Shown here piece after piece: positions 15,417 to 17,688 of a DNA stretch of 17,688 nt (the stretch's first letter is position 1; each line of letters begins with the position of its first letter). A model generated the notes under the pieces. That model did no database searches and was not told where the DNA came from. It saw nothing but the letters and a program-made list of their open reading frames with translations. Both the position numbers and the translations under genes were made by a program. The stretch lies in NCBI GenBank assembly GCA_030638685.1, contig DAOWED010000075.1, positions 1 through 17,688 of the forward strand, written 5' to 3'. This stretch comes from Candidatus Heimdallarchaeota archaeon (GTDB taxonomy: Archaea; Asgardarchaeota; Heimdallarchaeia; Heimdallarchaeales; DAOWED01).

Positions 15417-16346
15417 CTAATCAACTGGTAAGGATAGAAGATAAGAAGCAAGTATTTCTTTAGTGACTAAACTTGTCATTAGCGTTGGAAAAGAGTAAAT
15501 ATTGAGATCATATTTTTGCTCTAGTTTATGTTTCAGTGCTTCATCAGCAACATCAATTACTAAATTTTTACAAAAAGGCTCATAATATGAAGCTACTCCA
15601 TCTGGAGAAACAGATATTCCTTGACTTTGCATAAGCTCAGCAGCTGGTCCACTTACTGGATTTGTACCAATTATCGGTGAGACTGTGATTACTTTGTGAC
15701 GATTTTTCTTCAAGTAATTGCCTATCTCTTTGATACCAATTATAGGATAGATTGAAGTTATTGGATTACTAGGGCCTATAATTATCCTTTCAGCCATTTC
15801 CAGAGCATTCAAGACCTCCTCTGTGGCTTTTGCCGTTTCCAAGCCTTTGAATAGTATTTCATCAACTAATATTTTTCCCCGATGCTTCACCCAATATTCT
15901 TGAAAGTGTATTATTCGATTTGAGCTTTTTATCCATGTTTGAATAGAATCATTTGAAGGAGGAAGTATTTTCGCTTTTATTCCAAGTTGTTTTGAAATCA
16001 TAGCTGTAAACTCAGTTGGTGAATGACCGTTCTTCAGACTATCTCCTCTAAGTATACATAATGCCAAATCTCTATCGCCAAGATTAAACCAAGGGTCCTC
16101 ATTTAATTCTCGTAGTGCTCCTATGCAATTATTGGTATCATCCTTCACTCCCCAGAATTTTTCTAAGTCTAGCCAGTCAGATAATAAATAAAGTAAAGTG
16201 TCTATGTCTGGAGACACAGGTATAGAATACCAAGAATAATCATCAGCAATGTTACCTATTATTGTTAGATCTTCTTCTTGGAGCTGTAACCTTAGACCTT
16301 GAATAAGTTTCGGGGTCCCCGTACCACCAGATAAAACAGTTATCAT
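15417..16346 (-). CDS. cofD: 2-phospho-L-lactate transferase CofD (LPPG:FO transferase), F420 biosynthesis
   Basis: MITVLSGGTGTPKLIQGL, SPDIDTLLYLLSD, LGDRD, GIKAKILPPSND, IHFQEYWV, IIGPSNPITSI.PI, VSPIIGTNPVSGPAAELM and TLMTS match methanogen CofD nearly block for block. Confidence 0.9.
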   Translation of the reverse strand: MITVLSGGTGTPKLIQGLRLQLQEEDLTIIGNIADDYSWYSIPVSPDIDTLLYLLSDWLDLEKFWGVKDDTNNCIGALRELNEDPWFNLGDRDLALCILRGDSLKNGHSPTEFTAMISKQLGIKAKILPPSNDSIQTWIKSSNRIIHFQEYWVKHRGKILVDEILFKGLETAKATEEVLNALEMAERIIIGPSNPITSIYPIIGIKEIGNYLKKNRHKVITVSPIIGTNPVSGPAAELMQSQGISVSPDGVASYYEPFCKNLVIDVADEALKHKLEQKYDLNIYSFPTLMTSLVTKEILASYLLSLPVD

Positions 16347-16378
16347 TATTACCCAGCCCAGTTACTTAGAAATTGCCT

Positions 16379-16945
16379 TTATGGAACAACTAAACGATAA
16401 ATAATAGATTCTTCAGCAAATACACTGCTTCTGACTATTCTTACAACATCTCCAGCCAACGCATGAATGGTTTTTATTGCAGGATCGTTTTCAAAAATTT
16501 TGGGTAAGTCTCTAACTCCAATGTTGTATCTTGTAGTCATTTCTTCGATTTCTTCTGAAGTTAGTATTTCATGAAGTGGAACTAAGTCATGCTTGAATAA
16601 ATCAAAAATAGGGTGAGAAGATGATAAAATTTCTATTCCTGTACTTTCAGCTTCCTTTTTAGCATAATGAGTAAATCGCCTTCTGCTTACTAATACTGCA
16701 GAACTTAATCCTTCCTTCTCGAGTTTTTCGTTTACTTCCCTTACAAAAGAAATACCTACAACTTCTTTCATAGGTATTCTAACAATCATTTTTTCAGAAG
16801 TTTTATCGGAATCAGCATAGATATCTAGTGATTTTTCGGTCTCTTCATAAGAAGTGACTGTGTAACCTCTTCTTTTAAGAATATCAGTTATACCTCTTTT
16901 GTATCTTTCAATTTCGTCTTCTGTGAGTCTTTGATTACTACTCAT
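16379..16945 (-). CDS. rpoH: RNA polymerase subunit Rpo5/H with a eukaryotic Rpb5-like N-terminal domain (full-length Rpb5 architecture)
   Basis: The C-terminal 72 aa (HDLVPLHEILTSEEIEEMTTRYNIGVRDLPKIFENDPAIKTIHALAGDVVRIVRSS...IIYRLV) are a clear RpoH/Rpb5_C domain. The N-terminal ~116 aa (nt 16598-16945) align with the human/yeast Rpb5 N-domain as I recall it: ILKRRGYTVT vs CHDRGYLVT, VVGISFVRE vs KVGIKTIKV, AVLVSRRRFTHYAKK vs ALIVVQQGMTPSAKQ, IEIL...HDLVP vs ILEQF...HELVP. GAGGAT lies 5 nt upstream of the ATG. Confidence 0.85.
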   Translation of the reverse strand: MSSNQRLTEDEIERYKRGITDILKRRGYTVTSYEETEKSLDIYADSDKTSEKMIVRIPMKEVVGISFVREVNEKLEKEGLSSAVLVSRRRFTHYAKKEAESTGIEILSSSHPIFDLFKHDLVPLHEILTSEEIEEMTTRYNIGVRDLPKIFENDPAIKTIHALAGDVVRIVRSSVFAEESIIYRLVVP

Positions 16946-17271
16946 TTGCTATCCTCATATTGGGTTTTCAATATCAATTTAATAAGCTATTGTATCATTG
17001 ACTTGTAAAGATTCAATTTACGCTTTTCGCTTTGATTACATAAATTTCTGTTGTGAGAGATTATGCATAATTTACTAAAACTTGAGCATTTAGTAGACTA
17101 TGATACTTTGTGTTTAACTAGATTGCTTAACCTCGTCTTACTTCACAGAAGAAGCCTTCATCATAGCACGTTAACAAACAAATGTGTCAAGTTAATTAGT
17201 GGTAAGTTAAATATAATCTAGCGAAACAATAAAAAAGTAACCTTTTTATTACTCCTTAGGAGAATAAATCT

Positions 17272-17688
17272 GTGCAGTTAGAAATCCCCGAGAACGAGTT
17301 TGAGCAATTTAAATCAATTATTGCCTCCCGGAAAGCAGAAGAACCTTTACTTGAACAAAGATATGTAACTGAGCAAACTGCCATGCGAAGAGCAGTTCTC
17401 ATGAATGATAAAGGTGACCTCACTGATAAAAGAGTGATCTATTTGGGAGATTCTGACCTTAACAGTGTTGCAGCTATTTTAATTAGTACAACTAAAGAAA
17501 CCGTTGTAGCAGATAAGCAATGTAGTGAAGCATTAGCTTATTTTCATGTCATGGCTCAGATCAGAGAACGGGAGTATTCAGTTGAGATGTTGTGCAGTAA
17601 AGGATACGATACACTATGGTCCATCAATGACGATAATTGGTGTACATTCGTTGCATTTCCCACCGATGACCTGGAGTGCTTGAATTAA
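17272..17688 (+). CDS. BpsA/DUF43-family (branched-chain polyamine synthase-like) short or truncated protein. It ends exactly at the window edge.
   Basis: FEQFKSIIASRKAEEPLLEQRYVTEQTAMRRAVLMNDKGDLTDKRVIYLGDSDLNSVAAIL closely parallels the central block of Thermococcus BpsA as I recall it (LEQFKEI...FDQAYVTPETTVARVALMHSRGDLENKEVFVLGDDDLTSVALML). After VVAD (~nt 17514) similarity fades and the ORF stops after 138 aa, while family members are ~350 aa. GTG start with AGGAG (17258-17262) 9 nt upstream and a TATA-like TTAAATATAA at 17207-17216. Confidence 0.5.
   Translation: MQLEIPENEFEQFKSIIASRKAEEPLLEQRYVTEQTAMRRAVLMNDKGDLTDKRVIYLGDSDLNSVAAILISTTKETVVADKQCSEALAYFHVMAQIREREYSVEMLCSKGYDTLWSINDDNWCTFVAFPTDDLECLN

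Noticed and set aside
17155-17172. C-box-like ATGATGA on the minus strand, a possible C/D box sRNA
   Set aside because: No D box (CUGA) lies at a suitable distance on the same strand, and there is no terminal stem.
17063-17236. 57-codon ATG ORF (MHNLLKLEHLVDYDTLCLTRLL...) in the rpoH/bpsA-like intergenic region
   Set aside because: It runs through the TATA-like element of the downstream gene and has no SD. Its Leu-rich composition is expected from TTA/CTT-rich DNA. I keep it only as a possible decayed remnant in the BpsA finding.
17515-17688. Possible intein or mobile-element junction after VVAD-KQ-C in the BpsA-like ORF
   Set aside because: The sequence after the Cys lacks intein block A/B features and there are no endonuclease motifs. 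No inverted repeat or target duplication is visible. The residual spacing similarity to the methyltransferase-fold core fits divergence or decay better.
1-17688. Scan for CRISPR arrays, tRNA/rRNA genes, IS elements and prophage or integrase genes
   Set aside because: I could see no regularly spaced direct repeats, no GC-rich cloverleaf-capable segments in the AT-rich intergenic regions, and no transposase- or integrase-like ORFs. A by-eye scan cannot exclude small ncRNAs.

Overview
The window is a visibly AT-rich archaeal chromosomal segment. The archaeal hallmarks are TiaS, an Rpo5/RpoH-type RNA polymerase subunit, CofC/CofD and a BpsA-like gene. I can support 18 protein-coding genes, 14 of them on the minus strand, packed tightly with several translationally coupled junctions. 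I recognised no rRNA, tRNA, CRISPR array, IS element or large repeat. Start sites often pair a GGTGA/GGAG-type Shine-Dalgarno 5-9 nt upstream with a TTG or GTG start. Housekeeping content: tiaS, sdhA/sdhB, a HemL-like aminotransferase and cofD/cofC. Items worth follow-up: (1) a tail-anchored protein (30-710) with a 16-layer heptad register and local similarity to syntaxin-type SNARE motifs, but with His at the zero layer. (2) An RNA polymerase subunit H carrying a ~115-aa N-terminal domain that aligns with the N-terminal domain of eukaryotic Rpb5, and located outside an RNAP operon. (3) A Dus/DHOD-like FMN TIM-barrel gene wedged between cofD and cofC, a candidate for the unassigned reductive step of archaeal F420 side-chain synthesis. 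(4) A 648-aa coiled-coil protein with a C-terminal winged helix, translationally coupled to a NYN/LabA-like nuclease-fold protein. (5) A 147-codon open frame with no ATG/GTG/TTG, absent from the ORF track, with a good SD in front of an ATA codon. (6) A GcvH-like protein whose lipoyl-lysine is replaced by Glu and which carries an acidic, Trp-terminated tail. The eukaryote-like features (1, 2) together with the AT-rich composition suggest an Asgard-type (Heimdall/Loki-like) archaeon. That is inference only. No database search was possible.
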